Virus record (IMG/VR): IMGVR_UViG_3300021185_000007 | Location: 1 to 34,797 of that record | Length of the DNA: 34,797 nucleotides | Source of the DNA: a virus | Taxonomy: Duplodnaviria > Caudoviricetes | Reading direction: 5' to 3' (one strand) | Shown: positions 7,884 through 17,146 of the stretch, piece by piece | Position numbering within the stretch: position 1 is the stretch's first letter | Layout of the letters: each line of letters starts with the position of its first letter | Made by a program: the position numbers and the translations under genes | Notes under the pieces: generated by a model | Database searches by the model: none | Told to the model about the DNA's origin: nothing | The model's input: only the letters and a program-made list of their open reading frames with translations

Positions 7884-8145
7884 AGACACAGAGGGATTAA
7901 CTAAATGGTTCAAAGAAAACTGGGTTGATATAGGTTCTAAAAAGAAAGATGGAAGCTATGAAAAGTGCGGTAGAAAATCTAGTAAAGGATCTAAAAGAAA
8001 ATATCCCAAATGTGTACCAGCTTCAAAGGCTGCATCAATGACTGAGTCACAAAAGAAAAGTGCAGTTAGAAGAAAACGAGCAAAGGCTCAAGGTGTAGGT
8101 GGTAAGCCTACAAATGTTAAAACTATAATTAAAAAAAGGAGATAA
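7876..8145 (+). CDS. Small basic protein (89 aa), DUF5872-like C-terminal half
   Basis: GLTKWFKENWVD...CGR...YPKCVP motif; very K/R rich. Confidence 0.8.
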   Translation: MPKDTEGLTKWFKENWVDIGSKKKDGSYEKCGRKSSKGSKRKYPKCVPASKAASMTESQKKSAVRRKRAKAQGVGGKPTNVKTIIKKRR

Positions 8146-8147
8146 TT

Positions 8148-8237
8148 ATGCCAAAAGGAAAAGGAACATACGGAAATAAAGTTGGAAGACCACCAATGAA
8201 AAAAGGTAAAAAGAAAACCGCTAAAAAGAAAAAATAA
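8148..8237 (+). CDS. 29-aa lysine-rich micro-protein
   Basis: MPKGKGTYGNKVGRPPMKKGKKKTAKKKK; AAGGAG RBS. Confidence 0.8.
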   Translation: MPKGKGTYGNKVGRPPMKKGKKKTAKKKK

Positions 8238-8396
8238 CTTGTCTTACTTACTTGGTAAATTTTTAGAATGGTCTTTTAAAAGAAAGGCAGAAAAACTTTT
8301 TAATAAATATTCACATGAATACAAAACAACAGAAACCAAAAAAACAAACAGTTAATTCTTTTTCCAAATTAAAAGCATTAATCAAACTAAGAAATT

Positions 8397-8768
8397 ATGA
8401 TAGAAAAACTAATAAAACCAGTAAGCGAACTTCTTGATAAGTTTATTCCAGACGCAGACACAAAACAAAAGATTGCACATGAAATTGCAACTATGTCTGA
8501 AAAACATATCCATGAAATCGCTAAAGCGCAAATAGAAGTAAACAAAGAAGAAGCTAAAGGTAATTGGTTTCAATCTTCTTGGCGACCAGCTACAGCTTGG
8601 ATATGTGTATGTGGTTTTGCTGTAAACTTTTTAATCAGTCCTCTCGCAGCTCCTTTTGGTATTATCGTACCGCAAGCAGATACATCAACTATGCTACCCG
8701 TCCTTATGGGTATGCTTGGTCTTGGTGGATTAAGATCATACGAAAGAGTAAAGGGTGTAGGAAAATAA
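8397..8768 (+). CDS. Holin (GTA 3TM holin-like)
   Basis: LLDKFIPD..., EA..NWFQSSWRP, hydrophobic segments, GMLGLGGLRSYE; immediately upstream of the endolysin. Confidence 0.85.
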   Translation: MIEKLIKPVSELLDKFIPDADTKQKIAHEIATMSEKHIHEIAKAQIEVNKEEAKGNWFQSSWRPATAWICVCGFAVNFLISPLAAPFGIIVPQADTSTMLPVLMGMLGLGGLRSYERVKGVGK

Positions 8769-9139
8769 TGTCTTGGGTAAACTTTAAAGAAGAAGAGTTT
8801 GCTTGCAAACATTGTGGTAAAAATGGTATTTCACACGAACTAATAAATAAGTTACAATCACTAAGAACAGAGCTGGATTTTCCCTTTGTTATAACCTCTG
8901 GGTACAGGTGTGAAGACCACCCCATAGAAGCGAAGAAAAAAACTCCAGGAACTCATGCAGAAGGACTAGCTGCTGATGTATATGTAAGAGGAGATAAAGC
9001 ACTCCAGATTGTATCGAAAGCTAGAGATTATGGATTTACTGGTATTGGCGTAAACCAAAAAGGCAATTCTCGATTTATACATTTAGATATTTCGGAAGAA
9101 CAACCAAACAGACCAAGACCACATATTTGGAGTTATTAA
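8768..9139 (+). CDS. Endolysin, peptidase M15A family
   Basis: F...EFACKHCG, ITSGYRC..H, H..GLAAD and FIHLD zinc-peptidase motifs; start reassigned to ATG 8768 (TAATG coupling). Confidence 0.9.
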   Translation: MSWVNFKEEEFACKHCGKNGISHELINKLQSLRTELDFPFVITSGYRCEDHPIEAKKKTPGTHAEGLAADVYVRGDKALQIVSKARDYGFTGIGVNQKGNSRFIHLDISEEQPNRPRPHIWSY

Positions 9140-9375
9140 TGGACAACCCTATTTTATTTTGGAACGCAATCATTACGTTAGTGTATGTTCCTATCATCTA
9201 TAGTATTCGTACTAACGCTTCAGATATTCAGCGAGTAGAAATACTCCTTAACAAAACCAGAGAAGAAATCCCATCACGCTACGCAACCAAACAAGACCTT
9301 CATTTAGATATGCAAAGAATTTTTGATAGATTAGACAAATTAGATGAAAAAATTGATAAACTAATAGCAGGATAG
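9139..9375 (+). CDS. Membrane-anchored coiled-coil protein (lysis accessory candidate)
   Basis: N-terminal hydrophobic helix then a heptad-rich tail (FDRLDKLDEKIDKL); TAATG coupling to the endolysin. Confidence 0.7.
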   Translation: MDNPILFWNAIITLVYVPIIYSIRTNASDIQRVEILLNKTREEIPSRYATKQDLHLDMQRIFDRLDKLDEKIDKLIAG

Positions 9376-9384
9376 GAATTAATT

Positions 9385-10623
9385 ATGGCTATAAAAGGAA
9401 ATTTTAGAATGGGTGGGATAGATTACTCTACTCCTTCTCTCAACAACAACAGCAACTATGCACCTTCGTTCATACAACAACCAGCTGTGGATGTTCCTTC
9501 TGTTTTTTCCGTACCCTCTTTACCAGCAGTAACAAATGAAATGTCTAGTAATAGACAACCTGGATTAAACATTTCTAACGATATGCTTCAAGAAGACATG
9601 ATGAAAGAAGTTGTTAAAACACAACTACAAGACCTGCAAAAAAATAAAGACATATTACAAAACATAGATGCTGGTGATGGCTCTGGAAGAAATTTATATC
9701 AAACAGAAATACAAGACATTATAACTAAGAGTCCTTTACACAAAGAAGCATATTTAGAAGAATATCCTGTTGGTGGAACTTTTAATACAGCTGTTCCAGA
9801 TATTATGGAGGCTGTAGTTAAAGCATCAGTACCAGGATTAGGAATAGGAGCAGAGATTTTAAATAGCTTTAATGTAGACCCTAAAATAAATAATGATAAT
9901 TTTTCTATTGAAGATAAAAGCTATGGTTCGTTAGGGGAAGAACTTTTTGGTAATAGAGACTTACCAGGTATTTACAATCAACCTATTGAAAAAATTAACA
10001 AAGGTTATGACTCTCTAGGACAACAACTTTTTATTCAAGACTCAAAAGATAATCCAAATATCTTTGGCCCATCTATTGAAGATATAACAAACATAAATAT
10101 TTCTGATTATAATGGTGGAGACTTTGGAAGTGATAGCACACAAATTGTTGATATAGATGATACAAATAATGATGTAACTGATAAGTCAGACCCCAGAGAA
10201 ACAAACTCAGTTATGGCTTCACCTTATTCAAGCGGACTAGATTATGCAATGTCTATAGCGGACGGAAGCAACGTAGCTAACATGATTGCACCAAGCATGA
10301 GTTATTCAGCTGCTAATCCAGAAGGATTTACACAAGCTGATATTAATGATGGTATTGTTCCAAATCCTTTTCCTCCAATCGGTCCAGCTACAGTAAGAAG
10401 CGCAACTCCAGATGATCCTTATTATCTTGATAAAGGTATTGGTGGTGTAAATATACCTGTAGATAGATATGACGATCCACCTAGAGATATATTCGGTGGA
10501 TTTGGTGGAGCAGGTAATCCAAACTTACACATATCACATACAGGATTTGATGAACAAATTGCTAGTGGCTACAAACCATTAAACATGTCTGGAATACAAA
10601 AGATATTAGACAATCTAGGTTAA
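9385..10623 (+). CDS. Hypothetical acidic low-complexity protein (412 aa)
   Basis: ORF track; D/N/G/P/S-rich with no Cys or Trp; AGGA RBS. Confidence 0.8.
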   Translation: MAIKGNFRMGGIDYSTPSLNNNSNYAPSFIQQPAVDVPSVFSVPSLPAVTNEMSSNRQPGLNISNDMLQEDMMKEVVKTQLQDLQKNKDILQNIDAGDGSGRNLYQTEIQDIITKSPLHKEAYLEEYPVGGTFNTAVPDIMEAVVKASVPGLGIGAEILNSFNVDPKINNDNFSIEDKSYGSLGEELFGNRDLPGIYNQPIEKINKGYDSLGQQLFIQDSKDNPNIFGPSIEDITNINISDYNGGDFGSDSTQIVDIDDTNNDVTDKSDPRETNSVMASPYSSGLDYAMSIADGSNVANMIAPSMSYSAANPEGFTQADINDGIVPNPFPPIGPATVRSATPDDPYYLDKGIGGVNIPVDRYDDPPRDIFGGFGGAGNPNLHISHTGFDEQIASGYKPLNMSGIQKILDNLG

Positions 10624-10629
10624 ACATTT

Positions 10630-10890
10630 ATGCCATCACAAGAAGATATTTTAAATTCAAACGAAGCAGAGTTAATTCTTAACGCTGAAACTTTCACAAA
10701 AGCAATCGAAGAACTTAAAAATGAATACATAAATTTATGGTTATCATCTAAGCAAGATGATATAAGTAAAAGAGAAAATTTACACAAAGCAATCAAACTA
10801 CTACCAGAGGTCGAAAGACATCTGCGTATAATCGTAGAGAAGGGTAAAATTACAAAAGCCCAATTAGGAAGATTGCACAAAGTTGTGTAA
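10630..10890 (+). CDS. Small helical protein upstream of the scaffold
   Basis: ORF track; position typical of podovirus head modules. Confidence 0.8.
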   Translation: MPSQEDILNSNEAELILNAETFTKAIEELKNEYINLWLSSKQDDISKRENLHKAIKLLPEVERHLRIIVEKGKITKAQLGRLHKVV

Positions 10891-10941
10891 AATTTAACTA
10901 AGTATTGTTAAAATATTACTTTACATTTTTAAGGAATGATT

Positions 10942-11934
10942 ATGACCAACAACGCAAAGCCGATTGGTTTACAAACAAACATGCAAGAGACAGAACAATC
11001 TTTTGAAAGTTTTTTGACTCCAGACGAGCAACCAGAAAACGAAATAGAAGAACAAGCATCAGAAGAGCTAGTCAACGAAGATGAAGTTATCGAAGATAAC
11101 GAACCCTACGAAGAAGAGCTTGAAGAAGATGTAGATGAAGACGAACCTCAAGAAGATCAAGTAGAAGAAGAGGAGTCCGAGCAACCACAGCTATATACAA
11201 TTAAAGTAGATGGTGAAGATACAGAGGTCACGCTTGAAGAACTCCAAAACGGATACAGTCGCCAAAGAGATTATACGAGAAAAACTCAGGAGTTAGCTCA
11301 ACAGCGAAAAGCTATTGAAGCTCAACAACAAGAGGTTTCTCAAAAAGACGCAATTTATTCACAGTTGTTACCAAAGATGGAAGCGACTTTGAAGGGCGAG
11401 TTACAAAACGAGCCAGATTGGTCAGCACTTTATGAAGCAGACCCTATTGCTTATGTCCGTGAAAAAGACATCTGGAATGAGAAAAAGCAAAAGTTGCAAG
11501 CCGTACAAGCTGAATCACAAAGACTCCAACAAGAGTCTCAAGCGGAACAGCAAAAGAAACTTCAACAATTTGTTGAATACGGTAATCAACAATTACTTGA
11601 ACAAATACCAGAATGGCAAGATAACGAAATGGCATCAAAAGAAAAGATGGCAATTCGCGATTACGGTGTAAATGTTTTGGGGTACACACCTCAAGAAATG
11701 GACAGTGTTTATGACTACCGAGTTTTACTTGGTTTAAGAAACGCATGGCTACAACATAAGACACAACAAGCGACTAAAGTGAAACCAACTGAAAAGAAAG
11801 CGGCAGCTCGAACCGCAAGACCTGGCACTTCAAACGTACCTAAGACAACAACTCCTGTGAAAAGAGCGCGTCAAAAATTAGCTAAGACTGGAAAGGTCCA
11901 GGATGCAGCTAAATTATTTGAACAAATTATATAA
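10942..11934 (+). CDS. Capsid scaffolding protein
   Basis: Acidic N-terminus, YTIKVDGE..EVTLEEL..GY.RQ.DYTRKTQELA motif, coiled coil, basic C-terminus, directly before the capsid gene. Confidence 0.9.
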   Translation: MTNNAKPIGLQTNMQETEQSFESFLTPDEQPENEIEEQASEELVNEDEVIEDNEPYEEELEEDVDEDEPQEDQVEEEESEQPQLYTIKVDGEDTEVTLEELQNGYSRQRDYTRKTQELAQQRKAIEAQQQEVSQKDAIYSQLLPKMEATLKGELQNEPDWSALYEADPIAYVREKDIWNEKKQKLQAVQAESQRLQQESQAEQQKKLQQFVEYGNQQLLEQIPEWQDNEMASKEKMAIRDYGVNVLGYTPQEMDSVYDYRVLLGLRNAWLQHKTQQATKVKPTEKKAAARTARPGTSNVPKTTTPVKRARQKLAKTGKVQDAAKLFEQII

Positions 11935-11961
11935 ACTTTTTAAACATAGGAAATAAATATC

Positions 11962-12897
11962 ATGGCAAAAGTAACAAACGCATTTGATACTTACTCAGCG
12001 ACTTCCGATAGAGAACAACTGAGTGACGTAATTTACAACATCTCACCACAAGCTACTCCTTTTATGAGTGCTATTGGTAAAAACTCAATCAAGAACGTAG
12101 TTTTCGATTGGCAAACAGAAACTCTACCTACAGCTTCAGGCTCTGGTCAATTAGAAGGTTTTGAACTTTCAAGAGCAGCAGCTACAGCTACAACTAGAGT
12201 TAGTAATGTTGCAATGATCTCATCAAGAGATGCAACTGTAACTGGTTCACAACAGGCTTCTGACCCAGCAGGTAAGAAATCTGAAATGGCTCACCAGTTA
12301 GCTATTATGGCTAAAGCATTAAAAAGAGACATGGAAACTGCTCTTTGTCAAAAAGGTGCTAAGACAACTGGTAATGCTACAACTGCTCGTGTAACTGGTG
12401 GTTTTGAATCTTGGATTACTTCTAACGTATCAAGAGGAACTAACGGTGCTGGTAACGGTGGCGGAGCTGCTCCAACAGACGGAACTCAAAGAGCTTTAAC
12501 TGAAGCCTTATTGAAAACTGTATTACAATCTTGTTTCTCAAACGGTGGAGAGCCTTCAATGGCAATCTGTGGCCCTGTAAACAAGCAAGTAATTTCTGGT
12601 TTCACAGGTAGAAGTTCAGCTAGACAAATGGTTGATGCAAACACAGTAGAGGCTTCTGTTTCTATTTATGCTTCAGACTTTGGCGAACTAAAAATCGTTC
12701 CATCTAACTTCAGTAGAGAAAGATCATTACTATTAGTTGATCCTGACTATGCAAAAGTTTCTTACCTAAGAGACTTCAAAACAGTCGACATCTCAACAAT
12801 AGGTGATGCTCAAACTAAAATGATTTTAACTGAGTTTGGCCTAGAAATGAGCAATGAATCTGCTCATGGTATAGTTGCTGACTTAACAACTTCATAA
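11962..12897 (+). CDS. Major capsid protein (DUF5309/SU10-like)
   Basis: RE.LSDVIYNISP..TPF, FDWQTE.L, LKRDME and Y.SDFG motifs; highly biased codons; followed by a hairpin. Confidence 0.92.
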   Translation: MAKVTNAFDTYSATSDREQLSDVIYNISPQATPFMSAIGKNSIKNVVFDWQTETLPTASGSGQLEGFELSRAAATATTRVSNVAMISSRDATVTGSQQASDPAGKKSEMAHQLAIMAKALKRDMETALCQKGAKTTGNATTARVTGGFESWITSNVSRGTNGAGNGGGAAPTDGTQRALTEALLKTVLQSCFSNGGEPSMAICGPVNKQVISGFTGRSSARQMVDANTVEASVSIYASDFGELKIVPSNFSRERSLLLVDPDYAKVSYLRDFKTVDISTIGDAQTKMILTEFGLEMSNESAHGIVADLTTS

Positions 12898-12912
12898 GTT
12901 AGTTAGAATTTA

Positions 12913-12932
12913 GGGAAGGCTTCGGCCTTCCC
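12913..12932 (+). terminator. GC stem with cUUCGg tetraloop after the capsid gene
   Basis: GGGAAGGC-TTCG-GCCTTCCC; the U-tract is weak, so this may be a leaky terminator or a stabiliser. Confidence 0.7.
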
Positions 12933-12945
12933 GCCCTTATTTAAT

Positions 12946-13245
12946 ATGGCAACAAAACGTACAATCACCGACCATAAAACTGGTTATAAATCAGAGTTCA
13001 TTACTGAAGATGACAAGCTGGTTTATCATACGACTCAAGATGTTGCTCCCGTCATTGACCACGTTAAGAAACTAAGAGACAATACACTTAAGCCTGGAAA
13101 AGATATGCGACACATTGCTGAAGTCCCTATGGTGATTTGGCAAAAGGCATTACGAGAAGGCTGGTCAAAAGATAGAGCTAAATGGAAACAATGGCTCAAC
13201 GACCCAGATAATAAAGTATTTAGAACTTGGCAAGGTAAAGTATGA
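12946..13245 (+). CDS. Conserved hypothetical protein (99 aa)
   Basis: QDVAPVID...MRHIAEVP...WLNDPDN..FRT motif, which I recall after capsid genes in such phages. Confidence 0.8.
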   Translation: MATKRTITDHKTGYKSEFITEDDKLVYHTTQDVAPVIDHVKKLRDNTLKPGKDMRHIAEVPMVIWQKALREGWSKDRAKWKQWLNDPDNKVFRTWQGKV

Positions 13246-13889
13246 CATATGCAGAATTAAAAACAGCAATAGCAAATTATCTTAATAGATCAGATTTAAC
13301 GTCTGATATAGATACGTTTATCGATAATGTCGAAGCGGAACTTAATAGACGATTAAGAACCAAAGACATGATTAAAAGAGCAACGGCTACAGCTGACTCA
13401 CAATATTTAACAGTTCCAACAGATTGGATAGAGGCAATTAATGTAGAAATTACATCAAACGATTTCAGTCCTTTATTCCAACAATCTATAGAGTCATTAG
13501 ATGTCTATAGAAAATCAAACAACAACTCTACGGGCCAACCTGTCTACTATGCAATGGTTGATGACTCTATAGAATTAGCACCAACTCCTGATGGAGAATA
13601 TACCCTACAGCTAACTTACTATGCTAAAATATCTGCATTAAGTGATTCCAATACAAGTAACTTTGTATCAGTCTCGCACCCAGATGTTTATTTATATGGT
13701 GCATTAAAACACGCTTCTATTTTTTTAATGGAAGATGAAAGAATACCAATGTTCACTCAACAGTTTGAGAAAGCATTAGAAGAAATGAGACTTGAACAAG
13801 AGAAGGCTGCATTTGGTAAAGGTTCTTTAATGATGCGAAGAAGAACTTACGGAAAAAAACAAAAAAGAAATTATTACTACGGTAATTAA
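13242..13889 (+). CDS. Head-tail adaptor protein
   Basis: TYAELKTAIANYLNRSDLT...FI...EA.LNRRLR and PDVYLYGAL motifs; position. Confidence 0.75.
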   Translation: MTYAELKTAIANYLNRSDLTSDIDTFIDNVEAELNRRLRTKDMIKRATATADSQYLTVPTDWIEAINVEITSNDFSPLFQQSIESLDVYRKSNNNSTGQPVYYAMVDDSIELAPTPDGEYTLQLTYYAKISALSDSNTSNFVSVSHPDVYLYGALKHASIFLMEDERIPMFTQQFEKALEEMRLEQEKAAFGKGSLMMRRRTYGKKQKRNYYYGN

Positions 13890-13903
13890 TAAAGGAGAAT
13901 AGA

Positions 13904-14287
13904 ATGGCTGGATTTTCAGATTATTTAGAGAACAAAGTTGTTGGTCATGTATTTGGTGGATCAGCCTATACAGCTCCAGCAACATTATATGTAGCATTAT
14001 ATACATCAGCACCAAGTGATACTGGTGGTGGTACAGAAGTTTCAGGCGGAGCTTATGCAAGACAAACAGCAGCTTTTACCATATCTGCTGATACAGCTTC
14101 AAACACATCAGCTATAGAATACCCAACAGCTACAGCTGATTATGGTACTGTTGTTGCAGTAGGTGTTTTTGACGCTTCATCATCTGGTAACTTACTTGCT
14201 TATGGAAACTTAACTACAAGCAAAACTGTTTCTACTGGAGATGTATTTAGATTTAATGCAGGTGCTATAGACATAACTGTAGCTTAA
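13904..14287 (+). CDS. Virion structural protein (tail/fibre associated)
   Basis: SDYLENK...LYVALYT..P...GGGTEVSGG.YARQ...GNLL motif. Confidence 0.75.
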   Translation: MAGFSDYLENKVVGHVFGGSAYTAPATLYVALYTSAPSDTGGGTEVSGGAYARQTAAFTISADTASNTSAIEYPTATADYGTVVAVGVFDASSSGNLLAYGNLTTSKTVSTGDVFRFNAGAIDITVA

Positions 14288-14291
14288 TAAC

Positions 14292-14945
14292 ATGGCTTCA
14301 GTTGGCTATGGTTTTGGTGGATACGGTAAGTCTTACTGGGGAACACCACAATTTGAATTAGCTGAAAGCTCAATCACAGCAACATCAAACCTAACTGCGG
14401 TTGGTGTTGTACCTGTAACTGGAGAAGTTTCAATAACAGCTTCTTCTAGTGTCACAGCAGTTGGACTCGTCCCAATACAAGGTGCTTCACAAATCACAGC
14501 AACATCAAGTCTTACATCGACTGGTGTTAGAATTAAATTTGGTGCGACAAGCATATCATCAACATCTAGCCTAACAGCCGTAGGTACTCAAATAGATATT
14601 GGTGGCGTGCTAATGGCAGCATCTTCAAGTCTTAGTGCAGTAGGCACACAAATTGATGTTGGTGAATCAAATATTACCGCATCTACAAACGTAACGGCTG
14701 TTGGTGTCTTTATCGTATCAGCAGCAAGTCAAATAAACGCTACAACTAACTTAGATGTAACTGGTTCATTGGTTCAAACTGGCACTTCTAGTATTCAACA
14801 AACAAGTGGTTTTTCTGCGATAGGTAGTTTAAAATGGGAAGACCAGACTGTAGCAGATACTATTTACACAGACCAAACACCAGCTACAACAACTTGGACA
14901 GATCAGTCCTCAACAAATACTAATTGGACTGACATCGCAGCATAA
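14292..14945 (+). CDS. Ser/Thr-rich fibre-like protein with eight 20-aa repeats
   Basis: Repeat of approximately xGxSxITASSSLTAVGxxxx. Confidence 0.75.
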   Translation: MASVGYGFGGYGKSYWGTPQFELAESSITATSNLTAVGVVPVTGEVSITASSSVTAVGLVPIQGASQITATSSLTSTGVRIKFGATSISSTSSLTAVGTQIDIGGVLMAASSSLSAVGTQIDVGESNITASTNVTAVGVFIVSAASQINATTNLDVTGSLVQTGTSSIQQTSGFSAIGSLKWEDQTVADTIYTDQTPATTTWTDQSSTNTNWTDIAA

Positions 14946-14958
14946 ACAGGAATAAATT

Positions 14959-16797
14959 ATGGCAGATACATTTACAACGAATTTAAATTTAACTAAACCA
15001 GAAGTAGGAGCATCCACAGATACCTGGGGAACAAAGCTAAACGCTGACCTCGATACACTTGATGCAATCTTTGCTTTTAATGGTACATCAATAGCATTAA
15101 ACCTAGACGGAGCAGTTATTGATAGTTCTGTCATTGGTGGCACAACTCCAGCTGCGGGAACATTTACAACGCTTACAGCAAGTACATCTATAACAGGTAC
15201 ACTAGCAACAGCAGCTCAACCTAATATTACAAGCGTTGGTACTCTTACAGGTTTTACTTCAACAGGTATTGATGATAATGCTACATCTACAGCTATAACT
15301 ATTGATAGTAGTGAGCAAGTTGGAATTGGATTAACGAATCAAGCTAATAAATTACAAGTAGATGGAGATATTTGTATAGGCAAGGCTACGACATCTGCCG
15401 ATTTAAAAAGCACACTTAAAATGAGAGGTGCAAATGGCTCTAATCAATTACAAGTATTTGATTTAATTAATGATGGTGAAAATGGCAGGGTAGATTTTAA
15501 ATACAATAGAGCAGGTAATGCTGCACAAACTATTATGAGTTTTGGTGCAACTGTTGGCAACGTTGGAATTGGAACTAGTAGTCCAGGTGCTGAACTTCAT
15601 GTAGATCAAGCTGCTGGTCAAGCAACAGAAATTAGAGCAAGTGCTGCTACTGTTTATACAAAAATTATTGCTGATGATGCTTTTGGTTTTAGTGCAATAG
15701 ATTATTCGCATGATTTAAGATTTAAAGATGCTGGTATAGAAAAAATGCGTATTGATACCTCAGGCAATGTTGGAATTGGAGTTACAAATCCATCAGCTTA
15801 TTATGCTGAAAACCTTGTAGTTGGTGCGGCTGACGAAGGTGGTATTACCATTAGTTGTGGGTCTACTGAGAAAGCGTATTTAATGTTTGCTGATGGAACT
15901 ACAGGCAGTACTGCTTATAGAGGATATATTGGTTACGACCACAGTAATGATTCTATGAATTTTGCGTCTCATAATTACATGAACTTTTATTCTGCTGGTT
16001 TAGAAAGAATGCGTATTGATTCAAATGGTAACATAGCTATTGGTGGTACATCTGCTAGTAATTTTAGTGGTTATGTAACTTTAGATTTAAGAGATACTAC
16101 TGGTGGGTTAATTGATTTTTCTGAAGCAGGTGCTGGTGTTTTTGCAAGAATACAAGCTGTAGTAAATAATTCATTAAATATTAATAACAGACAAGCATAT
16201 CCAGTAACATTTGGCACAAACGATACAGAAAGAATGCGTATTGATTCTTCAGGCAACTTGTTGGTAGGTACTACAAGTGCAGTTGATTCATCTAATACAA
16301 TATCAAAAAACTCAGGTAGTAATAATGCAGTTTTATCTGTAATTGATACTAATCCTAGTAATTTTGGTTCAAGAGTAGGTTTAAATGTTAGAGCAGGTAC
16401 TTATAACTCTGCTGATTCTTCATCTCTTTTAATTCGTTTTCAACGTGGAGATGGAACTACTGTTGGAAGTATAGGAAGAAGTGGAGCTAGTGCAGTATCT
16501 TACAACACATCTTCAGATGCAAGACTCAAAGATATTACAGGCGAAGCTAGGGGTCTTGAAGTAATCAATGAACTTAACCCAGTAGCTTACAACTGGAAAG
16601 AATCAGGACAAGCTGACGAAGGTTTAATAGCTCAAGAAGTTATGGACATAGTACCAAATGCAGTATCAGGTTCTGAAGAAGAAATGTACCAGATGGATTA
16701 CAGCAAATTGGTAGTCCACCTTGTAAAAGGCATGAAAGAACAACAAGAACAGATTGAAGCCTTACAATCTGAAATTAACTTACTAAAAGGAGAATAA
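14959..16797 (+). CDS. Tail fibre with C-terminal S74 intramolecular chaperone
   Basis: [14 protein letters not shown]-type repeats; SSDARLK autocleavage site; GLIAQEV, DYSKL and a terminal coiled coil. Confidence 0.92.
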   Translation: MADTFTTNLNLTKPEVGASTDTWGTKLNADLDTLDAIFAFNGTSIALNLDGAVIDSSVIGGTTPAAGTFTTLTASTSITGTLATAAQPNITSVGTLTGFTSTGIDDNATSTAITIDSSEQVGIGLTNQANKLQVDGDICIGKATTSADLKSTLKMRGANGSNQLQVFDLINDGENGRVDFKYNRAGNAAQTIMSFGATVGNVGIGTSSPGAELHVDQAAGQATEIRASAATVYTKIIADDAFGFSAIDYSHDLRFKDAGIEKMRIDTSGNVGIGVTNPSAYYAENLVVGAADEGGITISCGSTEKAYLMFADGTTGSTAYRGYIGYDHSNDSMNFASHNYMNFYSAGLERMRIDSNGNIAIGGTSASNFSGYVTLDLRDTTGGLIDFSEAGAGVFARIQAVVNNSLNINNRQAYPVTFGTNDTERMRIDSSGNLLVGTTSAVDSSNTISKNSGSNNAVLSVIDTNPSNFGSRVGLNVRAGTYNSADSSSLLIRFQRGDGTTVGSIGRSGASAVSYNTSSDARLKDITGEARGLEVINELNPVAYNWKESGQADEGLIAQEVMDIVPNAVSGSEEEMYQMDYSKLVVHLVKGMKEQQEQIEALQSEINLLKGE

Positions 16798-16799
16798 AA

Positions 16800-17144
16800 A
16801 TGGCAAATACATATACATGGGATTGCAAAACAGTTGACACATATCCAACACACGACAGTCATTCAGACGTTGTTTACAACGTACATTGGCGATTAAACGC
16901 AGAGAGCGATCAACAAGACGCTGAAGGTAATAACTATTCAGCTTCTGTTTATGGTACTCACAGCGTTAATGCAGATGATATAGAAAACTTTGTACCCTTT
17001 GCTGATCTTACTAACGATTTAGTAAGTGGTTGGGTGATAGACGGAATGGGCGAAGATGAAGTTGCTAATATCAAATCAGGATTAGACAACAACATTGATG
17101 GCCAAATTAATCCAACAAGCGAAACAAAAACAATAGCAGGTTAA
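16800..17144 (+). CDS. Tail fibre-associated protein
   Basis: YTW...DVVYNVHW...FVPFADLT...V.GWV motif; directly follows the fibre. Confidence 0.7.
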   Translation: MANTYTWDCKTVDTYPTHDSHSDVVYNVHWRLNAESDQQDAEGNNYSASVYGTHSVNADDIENFVPFADLTNDLVSGWVIDGMGEDEVANIKSGLDNNIDGQINPTSETKTIAG

Positions 17145-17146
17145 TA

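Noticed and set aside
8564-8767. 68-aa N-terminal extension of the endolysin (signal-anchor-like)
   Set aside because: It overlaps the holin out of frame; the M15 domain starts at the coupled ATG 8768.
14959-16797. Diversity-generating retroelement or invertible fibre cassette
   Set aside because: No reverse transcriptase or invertase, no adenine-specific TR/VR pair seen, and the repeats are direct and short.
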